Positions 48,585-60,676 of a stretch of 64,000 nt of DNA are shown here, one piece after another; the stretch's first letter is position 1, and the number at the start of each line of letters is the position of its first letter. The DNA is from Reclinomonas americana ATCC 50394. Its lineage: Eukaryota. Where the stretch lies: positions 87,795 to 151,794 of the forward strand of contig PS015202.1 in NCBI GenBank assembly GCA_048213135.1, written 5' to 3'. The position numbers were made by a program, and so were the translations under genes. The notes under the pieces are model-generated. The model was not told where the DNA came from. It made no database searches and saw only the letters and a program-made list of their open reading frames with translations.

Positions 48585-50440
48585 TTATCCGAGTTCAATG
48601 AACGCCAATCGTCCGCCCCTCTCTTTCATCATCGATCCTCTGTTGAGAGCTCCCATTTGCTGAGGAAGGAGTAGTCGACGTAGACCTTTTTGTTGTTCCG
48701 GTTGCGATAGGTGAGCTCCTTGACGCCCTGCATGTTGATGGTTTGGTCCAGTGCGCCGAGATATCTGCAAAGGGAGGGGTGAGACACGCGCAGTGGCAGT
48801 CACGGACACAGGGGATCGTGACAGAACTTGTCCGGTCGCCGCAGTGTAATGATCTGCGTTGGTGTCGTGATGAGTATGGTGCCGCCCAGGATGCAGTGCG
48901 CAGCGCACAAACCTTGTGACTCCACCTGTCGGAGGTCGCCCCCTGGTCCAGGCAGTGCAGGTGGCCGTCGACCTGCACGCCAGCAACAAGCAGTGAGCAA
49001 CAGCAGAAGCCTCGTCATCTCCTCGGCAACCACGCAACAGAAATATAGTACAAGTACAGGTGACCCACAAGAGTTCTGGCGCCGCCACGAAGTGAGTGTG
49101 AACTGGATGCACATTACGACATCACACTCCACAGCACGCAACTTGCCGACGACGGGATCACACCCGGCCTTCTGGTGCGGCTCCAACTCCAAACGACTAA
49201 CGATGCCACACAATCAGCTCCCGCTGTCTGCATCTGCCTCGCAGTGCACGAGCCACCAACCGTGTCAAGTTCTCCCAATCCCACTTGATTTTCTTGTACA
49301 CGTGGATGAGTTCGTTGTCGGTGGATCGGAAGAACACGCGGTGTCGCACGGTGCCGACGGCCGAGACGAGTCCGTTTACCGGCGGAATGCCGAGCTCGGT
49401 GGTCAGATCGCGCTCTTTTGATCCCATTCGCGACACCTTGATCAAATGACTGCCATCACGATCGTGCACAGTGAGTTGCTATTCTCAGTCGCTGTCTCTC
49501 TCTCCTCGCATGCACACACACCCGTCGCTGTTGCGCACACGGTACTTGCCCAGTGCCAGCGAGAACTGCTGACGAATGTCTGCCGCCGCATCGGCAGCGT
49601 CCTCCACCGCACGCTCATCCAGAGCAGCCGCGGCCTCGGACACCTCATCGTCGGCGTCGCCAGCACCCGACAGGTCGTCGCTGACACTGCCGTCCACGAG
49701 CTGCGCCACCGCCAACCCTGCAGAACCCGCCGACGCCGACATGCGCACATGCACCGGCTGTGGCGGTGGCAGAGGCGGGGGTGTGGCCGGTCGACCTGCT
49801 TCCACTCCAGCTGCGGCGGCGACTGCCGGTGGAGCGGACACTGACCGCCCGGCTGTGACTGCATGAGGCGCGGATGAGCCAAGGAAGACGACACGCCGAC
49901 GAGCATCACGCACCCCCACGCTCCTCCTTGCGTCTCTGCGAGGTCCGATCAATGAGCCACGCCAGTGAAACCACAGTGATTGTGGTGAGGAAGCACGCTG
50001 GCCAGAACCCGAGCAATGAGAACACTGCGAGCAAGAGAGCGTCAGCTGGAGAGAGGTAATATAGGAGAGAGAAGAAACGCACGCATGCCCAGTGTGATGC
50101 ACAGTCTGCGGACAGCAACAACAAACGAGTCAGCAAGTCGTCGGAAGAAAGTAGATCACCCATGACGCAACACTCCAAATGCCAACTGCACGGCACCAAA
50201 TAGTGAGTGCATGTGTGTGAGAGAAAGAGAGCGGGGGCGAGTCACACACACACACACGCACCAGTGCCCACTTGATCAAGTCGGCGGCATCACGCAGCAG
50301 ATCTTTCCACTCTGCGCGTTGTCCGCGCAGGCGCTCCATGGCATCACGCAGGTCCTCCACTGCGAGAAGGTAAGTGAGAAACAGCACGTTCTGCCCCTGC
50401 TTTCTCTCTCACGCAGAGAGTACCGGCATAGCGGATCTTG
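48585..50440 (-). CDS. Membrane-associated protein with beta-propeller lectin-like repeats (ends approximate)
   Basis: Hydrophobic segment LLLAVFSLLGFWPACFLTTITVVSLAWL. Repeats RVFFRSTDNELIHVYKKIKWDWENLT and DGHLHCLDQGATSDRWSHK resemble fucose-lectin-type blades. Confidence 0.45.
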
Positions 50441-50624
50441 TGCATTCTTGGCAGTCCGACACAATGATCAATACAAATGACAACTTCGCGTGGTCAGCAG
50501 GGGCGGCACGTTTTATTCGTGTGCACTGCAGTATAAAACCCTGCGTTTTCCAGTCTATACGCGAAACACTATAGGAGGGGAGGCTAAACAATTAACACGA
50601 CTATAAAAAGAAACACGACGTTGG

Positions 50625-52967
50625 CTATGCCTGCGGAACAGTGGTCAGCAGAGCGAGGAACACGGTGCACCAGAGCGGCATGGTGCACACGGCACACTGT
50701 TCGTGATTGATGAGCGACTTAACAACAGCAGCAGCAAGCAATCGGAGTGTCACACAACAATCATCTGCCAGAAGAGCAGCTCGGCGGTCTCGTCCTTGTT
50801 GAACTTCAACAGTTGAGACATGGTGCTCAACGCCACTGCGCGCATTCGCATCGATTGAACAACGACGTAGATATAGCCTCAGTGTCTGGCATCGACCACT
50901 CACCAGCAGTGGGCGTCGCCGTCTCCACCATCAGCACGAAGAGGATGAGACGATCCGACGGCAGCACGCCGATTTTCCACATTGTGTACACGAGGGTGGT
51001 GAGCACGGCTGGCATCAGCAGCTGACGGCCAACTAGTGAGCCCACAATGAACTTGATGCGCAGACCGCGCCCGTCGTTCTCCACTGCTGCAGCGGGAGCC
51101 GGAGGATTTGACGACTCCGCAGGCGACTGCTGGGGATGCTCCTCGGGGCTCTCGCCCCCGGCAAGTCGTCGGCCCTTGGGTGTGGGCGGCGGCTGGTTGT
51201 CGGGCGACTCACCGTCCATGGCAACCATCTCCACATCTCGCTCGCCTGCCTCCGATGCTGGTGGTGGCGGTGATGATGCGCGGTCACGTTGCTCCTGCTC
51301 TCGTCGCTGCTTGCGAGCACGCCACTGCGTGCGGAAGGTGACCGCCAGGGCGCCACCGAGACTGAGCATGGCGACCAGCACAAACGAGTCGCCAGTGATG
51401 TACAAGGCCGACATCTGCACCGTAGCTGGTGAGCGTTGTGAAAAGAAAAGAAGGGTGAGAGGAGAGCGACAACACACCAGTGGCCGCAACAGCAGCGGTG
51501 GCTGTGTGGTCAGTCGCTTCAGGGGGCCAATCATGCCCACAAATACACCAATCAGACTCGACAGCGTAGGTGGCTTGGTGAACAGCTTGAGAATGGGCAG
51601 GACCTTGGTGCGGAACGTGGACGGTGCTGGACCGTGAGGCGCGCCAGCACCGTCGGCGCCATCTGTGCGAGCGTGACTCAGACGGAGGCATTAGCTGGGG
51701 GCGCGACACAGGGTGCACACGTACCTTGCAACTGCGCATACGATGTGGCCGCACTGGGGCCGGCCGGTGGCGACATTAGTATGTAGCCGACGACCCACGG
51801 CAGAATGGCTCCGAGAATGGTGACCAGAGAAATGTATCTGCAACACAGACGGTGAGTCGACACACAGTCTCTCGTTCTGCAAGTGCAGTGAACCGCACCC
51901 CTTGGCCAACTTCTCGAGTTCGGGAATGGTCAGTCCATACACCGAAAAGATCTCACTCGTTACCGTGGCTGCACGAGGGGCACAGGAGATGATGAGTCAG
52001 ATGATCGATGTGTTGGTGTGGCAGCGACTTGACCGATACGAACCAAGCACAATGACCAGCGGCAGGTTGCCTGGTGCACACGATCAGTGGTGAGGCACGT
52101 GACGAGCTTCCGCATGCGAGCGACACGCCAAACCTGCATTGTTGAAGATGATACTGGCCACCAGCAGGCTGCGCAGTTTCTTTGGTGGTCGAACGCACAG
52201 GCGAACAAACAGCGGCACGATGAGCATGCCGACGGCTGCGAGCGGCGTGCAGGATGAGGATGAGCTCCAGTAAGAGCCTTCCCCAGGTCTCTCAGTGTCA
52301 CGTAACTGACGTACACTCCCTGGCACACAATCACCGGCCACTGCTCCGCCACGCGGCCGAGATCAAAGGTCTCAGATATCTGTGCAGAGAAAACACAAGC
52401 CTCAGCAGCAGCGAATACCGCAGCGGAGTGGAGCAAGACTGGCACCGCGCACCCGCATGAAGAGAAACGCCGGAATGACAATGTAAAACTGCACGCGGGC
52501 CATGGTCTCCGCAAACGACTCGCTGACCACATTGGAGAACACGAGGTACGCTCCTGCCGCCAGCGATAAGCAAAGTGCGGGGGCCGGCAGAATAAAAAAG
52601 AATAAAAAGATATTTCGCCCCCGAGGAGGAGTCGAACCTCTACGCCGTCAAGCGTCTACGGATTTGAAGTCCGCACACTGAACCGTCAGAGCTCACAGGG
52701 GCAAAGGAACAAATGGCAGATTCTAAGCATGGCAACAATGCACTCGCACACTACGTGCAGCGTGAAGGAAACGCGCGTGCACTTGTGCCTCTGTGTCTGC
52801 GTGTGCCTTTCTGCATGCATGTGCATGCATGGAAAGATCATCTCCGACTCACTCCGACTCTCTCTCTCTTTGTGAGATTGCTCACCGCCCGACGCCAGCA
52901 CCACGCTGAGCAACACCGACGCTGATGCATCAGCAAAGAGACTGAGTAGCACCGAGGCTGATGACAT
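50625..52967 (-). CDS. PILS / auxin efflux carrier (AEC) family transporter
   Basis: VLLSVVLASGGAYLV...VQFYIVIPAFLF, ASIIFNNA, PPTLSSLIGVFVGMIGPLK, LVAMLSLGGAL, RQLLMPAV and DRLILFVLMVETATPTA: the ten-TM PILS pattern with a central loop. Confidence 0.8.
52594..52608 (-). terminator. Pol III terminator (T5 and T6 runs) downstream of tRNA-Sec
   Basis: The minus strand reads ...GGGCG aaatatc TTTTT attc TTTTTT. Confidence 0.75.
52616..52702 (-). tRNA. tRNA-Sec (anticodon UCA)
   Basis: 87 nt, GCCCCTGTGAGCTCTGACGGTTCAGTGTGCGGACTTCAAATCCGTAGACGCTTGACGGCGTAGAGGTTCGACTCCTCCTCGGGGGCG. It has a 9-bp acceptor stem, 6-bp D stem with 4-nt loop, 6-bp anticodon stem with loop CT-TCA-AA, long variable arm, 4-bp T stem and G73: the eukaryotic 9/4 tRNA-Sec fold. 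Confidence 0.95.
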
Positions 52968-53400
52968 GCTGCACAGAGAGAAGAGAGAGAGATTTGTGAC
53001 AAATGCGACAGCAGAAAATAGATTGCCCTCGTTCTCCCTCTCCTCGCACACCTCTCAACCCCACGCTGGAGAGCAAGACACAACGCCAGTCACTCACTCA
53101 CACACGCGCGTCAGTGCTCTCGTGTGCTGTGGCGAAATAGTGACTGGCCGTGACCCACAAGCCGATCGACAGCATCGGAGTGGTGGATCGTCTTCGCGCA
53201 CCCCGCCCTTGCCTTTCAGTGATAATTTTCTTTTGGTAGTTTCTCCGTCTACGGGGATGCATCTCCACGGTGCGTCCCCCCGTGTAACACAAAACAAGAA
53301 CAACGAAGGATGAACAAGCAAGTCGCATTGCAACTTTCTTCGGCTACCTCAATGTACAACGACGAAACAAGCTCTCTCCCTTCTTCTGTTCACGGCAGTG

Positions 53401-54373
53401 TCACTCGCTCTCGTTGAGTCGCCGGACCAACTGCGCACTCGTATCAGCACAAGAAGCAAGCTTTCCCTCAGCGATCAGCAGTCAGAACGCAACTTCGGCG
53501 AGGATTGTCGGTGCCGTGTCGAGCGTGTCGGCAATGTTCCCGAGCCTCTCGCGCATTGTCGTCAGCTCGTTCGATGATCTCTCGTAGTCCTCCGTGAACT
53601 GCACAAAGCGATCTGAGCATCGGCTCCTTCCCATCGAAGACACCCAAGTTGTACCTGTCGCAGCATGGCCTGCAGATCGTCGCGTTCTCGTCGCTTCTCC
53701 AGATACCTCTTGGCCTGCACGATCTCAGCCGGCGGCAACTCGCATGTCATTATGCTGTGCGCAGATGGATGAGAGAGAGAGAGAGAGAGCGGAGACAAGT
53801 CGTCGACAAGGGACGGAACTTGGGTCCGTCTGTCATTGCGTCGAGCATGTTGAGCTTTGTGAAGACGTCGTGCTCTTCCATGATCGTGTCCAGCTCCGTC
53901 TGCGCCACACTCATCAGCCCTCACTCCTTCACACACACTCGTCGACGTCGACAATTAAACGCACTGTGGCATGACTTCTGATCTGTTGTGCAAACTGTGA
54001 ATGCACGTCGAACATGAGCTCCTGCTGTGCCGGTGTCAAGTCGTCTTCCGCCTGTGCTCTCTTGTGCCCTGCCCGAATACACACACACAGTCAATCATCA
54101 TCGCATCGAGGTCGTCCTTGACTGTCACTCACCCACTCGCGCACATCTCGCCAAGATCTCGTCCTTATCCAACGACGGATCACGATAACACGTGCTGAGA
54201 ATGGCCTCTCGCTGCGTCTCGCCCTTTGGCATCAACACCTCCGCCCCACCCATCATATAGTCCAACGCGCGTTGGAACGCCGCTCGCAACGCGCGTGATC
54301 GTGGACCCAGATGCGTCCCACTGGTGCTGACAGTGCTGCCGACGGCCGCCTCCTCGTCTGCGGCGCTGGCCAT
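53401..54373 (-). CDS. Nnf1/PMF1-like MIS12-complex subunit
   Basis: RSRALRAAFQRAL, DVHSQFAQQIR, TELDTIMEEHDVFTKLNMLD and LPPAEIVQAKRYLEKRRERDDLQAML match the Nnf1 pattern (E-x-D-x-I-x-E-E..V..KLNxLD; P-x-E-I). Confidence 0.6.
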
Positions 54374-54524
54374 TTCTGCTGTCTTCGCTCACACCGCGCG
54401 CGAATTGGATTTTCACAACGGTCAAATAGATTTTGAAGCGAGCGTGGAGCAAAGAGGCACGTTCTCTCTTACACTCACACTCTCGTCTGTGTGCTCACCC
54501 CACTCACACAGGAGACAGAGGCGA

Positions 54525-54689
54525 ATGGATCTTCAAGTGTCAACACTGACCACGGTGGAGGAGTACTTGTGGCAACTGCACGCACAGCTGGCGTCGCGAG
54601 TGCAGGAGGCGGTGCAGGGAGGAGTGGAGCGGTTGCAGCAGGAGAGTGAGGCCAAGAAGCGCGAACTCCTCGCCATGTGCGATGAATGA
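54525..54689 (+). CDS. 54-aa helical micro-protein resembling the survivin/Bir1 C-terminal helix
   Basis: MDLQVSTLTTVEEYLWQLHAQLASRVQEAVQGGVERLQQESEAKKRELLAMCDE*. It is preceded by a branch/acceptor (CTCAC..CACAG). Confidence 0.45.
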   Translation: MDLQVSTLTTVEEYLWQLHAQLASRVQEAVQGGVERLQQESEAKKRELLAMCDE

Positions 54690-54804
54690 CACAGCGACAC
54701 CCTCCCAGTGTACAGCAGTAGTTTGAAAGGAAGTACTTCAATGCGCCCTCTTGCGTGCACGCGTCTTTTTCCGTCGCTGTTCTTGCTGCACCTCCGTGGC
54801 CATC

Positions 54805-56621
54805 TCAGTGAGGTGCGCAGCGGGCATTCGGGTGGTCAGCACTCCGCGCCGTCTTCATCACGTCACGACAGCCTCTGCGGAGATGGCCACCACAGCTCCG
54901 CTGGAGGTGCCGGCGGCGATGCATGTGCCTGGGTGTGCATGCGTGTGCGTGTGAGGGAGCAGGTGAGAGGGAGGGAGGGAGGACAGTGATGGAGGACCTG
55001 AGCTGTCGACCGCCACGGCACAGATAGAGTACGAGGTGACTTCCGGATCGACGTGGGGCGGGTAGGCGTCGTCGCCACTCTGCGACAAGGTGATTGGTGC
55101 AGGCGACGGCGCCGGTCCAGTCTGTGACACAGCGCGCCGTTGCAGCTGGCGCACCACGGACTCGGTTTCGGAGAAGGGCGAGTGCGACAGCCAGAGGTTG
55201 ACACGCCCCGCCGCAGTGCCACAGGCCACATGTCTGTGTCATGAGAAGGAGTCAGGAGACGTGCGTAATATTAGAGAGCTACGCCGTGTGCTCTGCGCAC
55301 TCCCACCTGTCGTGGTGAAAGACCACAGGTCGGCAGCCCTGCGGCACCGTCGCGTTGTCCAACAGCGTGCTCGTGTTCTGCACCAGCGTGCGTTGGTTAC
55401 ACACACACACCCCAGCAAGACGACGAGACCAACAATAATACCTTGCACGACAGCAAATCCCACACTCGCAAAGTGCGATCGCCGGCCTCGGTCACCAGCG
55501 AGGTACCGTCCGTCATGCACGTCACCGAGCGAACCTGGAGTTCCGTAAGTGAGCCACGGAATAGAAGGCTGGCATTGTGAGCACGCACTCTGTACTCACC
55601 GACTCAGCGTCGTGCAGCGGCTGCTGCCCCGTGCGCCCACTCGATCGGCCCTGCCGACGACTGGCCACCGCCAGTTGGTGGGCCGGCTCCGCTCCAGCCC
55701 GCACATCGTATGTCATAATGTGGCCACCACACGCCGTGTGCAGGGCGTACGGGCACCACGACTCTGGCAGCGCCAGCGATGTGGTCTCGGCCGACAACGA
55801 CGGCCGGAAGACTTGCAACTGTTGCCTCGTTTGCACGTCCCAGTGACTGCGCTTGGATCGGTCAGCGGCTGAGATGCAAAGGAGAGCGCGTGCTCGTCGA
55901 CGCAACATTAATTGCCTGTCACCACCGCATGATACACACACCGCCAGATCGCTGCTGGCAACGCAGTCGCCAACATACGACGTGTGGCCGGCCAACCGCA
56001 CCACCGGCTTTGTCAGTGCCTCCTGCACGCACAGAAGAACCCATTCAGCTCGACTTCTCTGGCGCGAGGCAGGCATTCTCTTGCGCACCTCATTCGCACT
56101 GGCGATGTCCCACATGAGCACCGTGCCTGACGAGGAGAGTGAGAACGATGACCACACATGCGCGAGATCGGTTGATGCGATTCTCCTCACCATCCGCACA
56201 AGCTGCGACCAGCCGCGACGAGCTCCCTCCACATGTGCGCAGACTGCACTCGCCACAGTCACTCTCACAGTCCCCATTCGAGAGCACACACTAACACACA
56301 CCTGTACACAGACGACGCCAGAGTCGCTCTCCTGTGCTCCGCAATGTTGTGCGCGGCCACCAACTGCCACGCATCGCCACTCACCAGTGGCGCGCGCATC
56401 AACCGCACAGTGCCACCAAAGTCAGCCACAGCCAGCAGCTCGTGTCCATCCAGTGCTGCGGTGGTGCTTGTGATCAGTGTCACATGGTGACAGAGAGAAC
56501 GAGGAGAGCAGACGCAACAGCGACAGAAGCACATGCTGGTGACGGCATCGACGCTGCTGTCATCCACACGCACCACACGTGAGCGCGCGAGTCGATCACA
56601 CACCAACTCGGCGGCGCTCAT
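54805..56621 (-). CDS. WD40-repeat protein
   Basis: LLAVADFGGTVRL, GTVLMWDI, LAGHTSYVGDC..SCGGDRQLM..WDV, DGTSLVTEAGDRTLRVWDL and ACGTAAGRVNLW. Confidence 0.72.
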
Positions 56622-56678
56622 CACGTTTGCAGTTCGGTGCGCGGGAAAAGCTGTCAAAACAGGACAACTCTTCCGCGG

Positions 56679-58270
56679 ATGAGCAGCGCGACAGCAGCAG
56701 CTGGTGCTGCTGCTGTGCTGCATGCACCGCCATTACGGGAGCAGGAGGAAGAAGAGGAAGAGGAGGAGGACTTGGCTCGCGATGTGCAACTCGTGCAGCA
56801 GGCCGCCGTGTTGCAATTGAAGGAGCGACTCGGCGATGCGCGTGTGCGTGTCAGAACAGCGGTGGTTCGTGGGCGTGGAAGAGGGGGTGAGAAAGGCAAG
56901 CAAGCGATCCCAACATGCGAGTTGCCGCGCGCACAGACGCAGGTGCAACAGCAGACCGATGCTATGTTGGCCGGGGTGGCTCCGCAGCTGGAGGCACTGG
57001 GGCATGTGATCGAGCATGCGGAGGGTGCGGTGGTGCAGGAAAAGTTGCAGGAGTTCATGGTGCGAGTGAATGAGCAGTCGGCGGCGCTCCTTCAGCGGCT
57101 GGAACCGCTGTCGGGCGTCGTCAATGAGGCACTGCAGGATGCGATGGCGACAGAGGGCAAGGCAGCGGTGGCGGCAACCGAGGAGCTGGGTGATTCGGTG
57201 ACAGGCTTTGTGGAGCGGGCGCGGCTGCAGGTGCGTGTGGCCACCGACAAGCTGCACGAGATGCGAGCGCGAACCGAGGCACTGGTGCGATCGCTCGCCG
57301 AGCGCGTCGGGGAGGAGCGAGTGGTGCTGCAGCAGCGGTTTCAAGAGGTTTTTCTTTTGCTGTGTTCGTGGTAGAAAGCGAGCAGTGTCTGAAGAGAGCA
57401 ACAGGCACAGGCCACAGTGATGCACGCGGTTCGTGTGGCTGCCGAGGCCACGCGCACCTCGTGTGCCATCATTGCCAGCGAGTTGCAAGCTCGGTACCAG
57501 GCCGTGAAGAGTGCTCTCGGCAAGCATCTGGCCGGCATTGTGGCACTCGACGTGTCGTTGGATCGGAAAGGTACAGTGATCTTGCGCTCCGTCGCCAGAG
57601 TGGAACTGCGCACTGATGATACAAGCCGGCAGTGTTTGATTACACGGTCGAGTATGGTGTGTCGACGCTGAAGGCATGCGTGTGGTTCGTCACTCGCCTT
57701 TCCCGTGTGATCGATGCCCACCCCTGCATCTCACTCACCAACAATTACAGGGCCTACGCCTGTGCCATCTGGTGTGTGAAAAACTCGCGCGTGTCTCGCC
57801 ACTTGTCAGTCGAATTCTCACCGCCGTGTGGCGCACCGCCAGCACGTGCTGTCTCTCGTGCATCTGCTTTCGATACAGGAAACGCAAACTAAAGGCGCTG
57901 ATTCTCACGAGGGGCTGTGGACTCACCCTGAAAGCCATGCGCAAGGATGGCACTGTGGACGAGTACCGGCTTGGCGACATTGTTGGCGAGTAGTTGCCGA
58001 CGATGCTGATGCCGCCCTGCCCGTGAATCCCTCCCTCACATAGACTGCGACTCCACAGATATTGCGTCGGCCACCGCCAAGGCACTGAATGCACCCGGTG
58101 TTGTGGACGCAGCACGAAGGGTGTACGCCGTTGGCGTTTCAGCGCGTACGCGCGTGGCGATGCGAGGCAACCGCGCTGGACGCGCTGCAGCTGCAGCAGC
58201 GGCGGCCTCCGGCACCGAAGCCGCACAGCAGGTGATGGGCGACGTGGAGAGCGGTGGTGGCATCACATGA
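56679..58270 (+). CDS. Uncharacterised amphipathic-helical protein
   Basis: Long Ala/Glu/Gln/Val-rich helical exon at 56940-57347, GT-AG joins, and a final exon ending ...GDVESGGGIT*. Confidence 0.55.
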
Positions 58271-58365
58271 GTGTACAAGCAGAAAGACATTGTGTTCACA
58301 ATTCAACAGAAAACAAGCAAAACAAGAGAAAGAGAAAGGAGAGCCGTACACCCCAGCGTGCATCC

Positions 58366-60567
58366 TCATGTTCGTCGCTGCTGTTGTGGTTGATGGTGCT
58401 GCTGTTGGTGGTCGTGGGAGCCGTGCAGTACGCCCAGCTGACGCAGCTCATTCTGCAGTGTGGTAAAATTGGTGTGCGACGCTGCCAGTTCACGAGCGTG
58501 CCGCTCCTTGCTCTCCGCCAAGTCGGCCAGCAGGCGCTTGTTGGTTGCCGTGAGGCTCCTACTCACACCAATGAGCTGCAGGAGAACTTTCGAGACATGC
58601 CAGGAACGACTCGGCAACGCAACTCATGAGCCTCGCGAAGCATGGCGACAACTTGCTCACCCAGCCGCTCCTTGTTCCTTCCCGACTGCTCCATCCCACG
58701 TAGTCGCTCATTCTCCGCCCGCAACACCGACAGTTCCTGCGCTTGCAGCTCCTGCACCACACCATCACATACACAGCATGTCAAGAAAAAGTGTGCACAC
58801 TGTTTTCCAACGGGAGACACATCATCTGCTCCACGAAACAGCAGTCTCCACGGCAGCGCGCAGCTTGCTCTCGGCAGTGGCTGCCGAAATGCGCTCGGCC
58901 TCCAGCTGGAACTGCTCGTTTGCCCGTAACCGCTCGTGCTGCTTGGCAAACTCCTCCGTGGCATCGGCCCTGCCGGCTTGGTACAATCGGCGGAACACAC
59001 TCTTCACAATCACTGCAGTCTCGTTTGGTCGACGGCAGAGGCCACAGCAAGGGCGAGAATGAAATACGCACCACGCAGAGTGCCATTCTCCGACACCGCC
59101 GCACCACTGTGTCGATTCTCCTGCACGGCCAGCTCGATGGCCTCCAACAATTTCGTCTCCAGCTCCGCCACATCGCTCGGCAAGTGCTCATCACTGACAC
59201 CGACAGAGTGGTGGGCCCACTGCACAGCGGTAGTCGTGAGTATGATCCTCCTGATGGAGATCCACACCTCTCCGCACCTCATGTAATCTCTTTTGCGGTG
59301 TCAGTGTACTCAGTGGCGCCGAAGCAGAGGCAGTGGTGCCATCGCCAGCACTCGTGCCGAGCACACGACGTGCGCGAGCCGCCGCCTGGCGAATGCCCTG
59401 TCGTGAGGATGACAGTCCGTCGTCTTCGTCGCCATCACCGTCGCTGTCGCTGAGTGCCATCACTGTGTCGGGTGACTGGAACGACATTGCGCCACGACCG
59501 TCGTTGCCAGGCGCACGTCGATCACGCGCCCTCGGCTCCATGGTCTCATCTGCTCATGCGTTTGTCGGCGTGAGTTGGCGAACAGGCAGTCGACTTGTCT
59601 CAAGCACAGGCACAAACACACACGCACATCTCCTGCGGTCCAACTCTGCCAGCCGCCGCTCTGCTTCGAGTGTAAGTGAGCGATCCACAGTGTCGAGCAG
59701 TCGCTGGCGACCGCCAGCACCCTCCCCACCGCTCATCCACGACGAATCTGGCAACGAAGCACGCCGGTCAACTGCCGCCGACGCAGCTGCCGCCTTGACC
59801 TTCTTCAGCTTCTTCCCACCGTTGGCGACTGCGGCCTTCGGTGGCGGTTCCGCCAGCTCACGCAACCGCGACGCCACTGCAGCCTTTCGCGTTCTTTCCG
59901 GCCTCTTTCCACTCTCATCCGCCGACAACGATCGTCGCACGGCATCGCCACCGACCATGCGCGACGCAAAAGCCGGCACACTCAGTGGCGCCGGCGAGAA
60001 CAACGTGAATGTATCGCCCTCATCACCGCGACCCCACGCACTCGGCTCCAGGCCCGAGATCGACGACACCTCACCATCATCGTACTCGTCCTCGTCATCA
60101 TCGTCGTCATCGTTATCCTCGTCGTCCTCGTCGTCGTCTTCAGAGGAGCGCCATGCCAGTCCAGACTGCTCACCCGAGTCCGACACCTCCTCACCGTTGC
60201 GTGGACGCCGGCGTTCACCAGAGGTCGCACGAGAGGCCTTGCCACCACCACCACCACTGCGCTTCTTCACGCGACCGTTCGGTGCAGTCACGCGGCGTTT
60301 CGACGAGCTGCGTGCGGGCGTTTGAGTGGACAGCATCATCATCATCGCACAAGTCACACACACACACCCGTACGAGTCTGCGTGCACTGACGGCACCATG
60401 ACGGTGGAGGTGAGACGTGGTCGTGTGACACCGTTGCCATTGGACAGTGTTGTCGTCGTTGTCGTCACAGTCCCTCCCGTGACTCGCGCGCCCATGCGAC
60501 GTGTCGTGCCGGTGCCGCTGAGCATCGAGCGCGAGAGCGGCTGTGACGCCGACGAACCGCGCTGCAT
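58366..60567 (-). CDS. Uncharacterised protein with acidic low-complexity region and C-terminal coiled coil
   Basis: Starts MQRGSSASQP, has a D/E tract, then heptad exons (LSVLRAENERLR, LLADLAESKERHARELA). Confidence 0.55.
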
Positions 60568-60676
60568 TTCTTTTGTTTTCGCGCGCAAACAAGTCGGACA
60601 GGACAGCGAAGGCCATGGATTACTGCTTATTATATGAGGAGGGAGCGCGACCATGCGTCATCTCCACAGTTGCCAT

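Noticed and set aside
52616-52702. UCA tRNA as an opal suppressor or tRNA-Trp indicating UGA reassignment
   Set aside because: The 9/4 fold and long variable arm identify tRNA-Sec, and TGA is used as a normal stop in VPS26C, COA5 and other genes.
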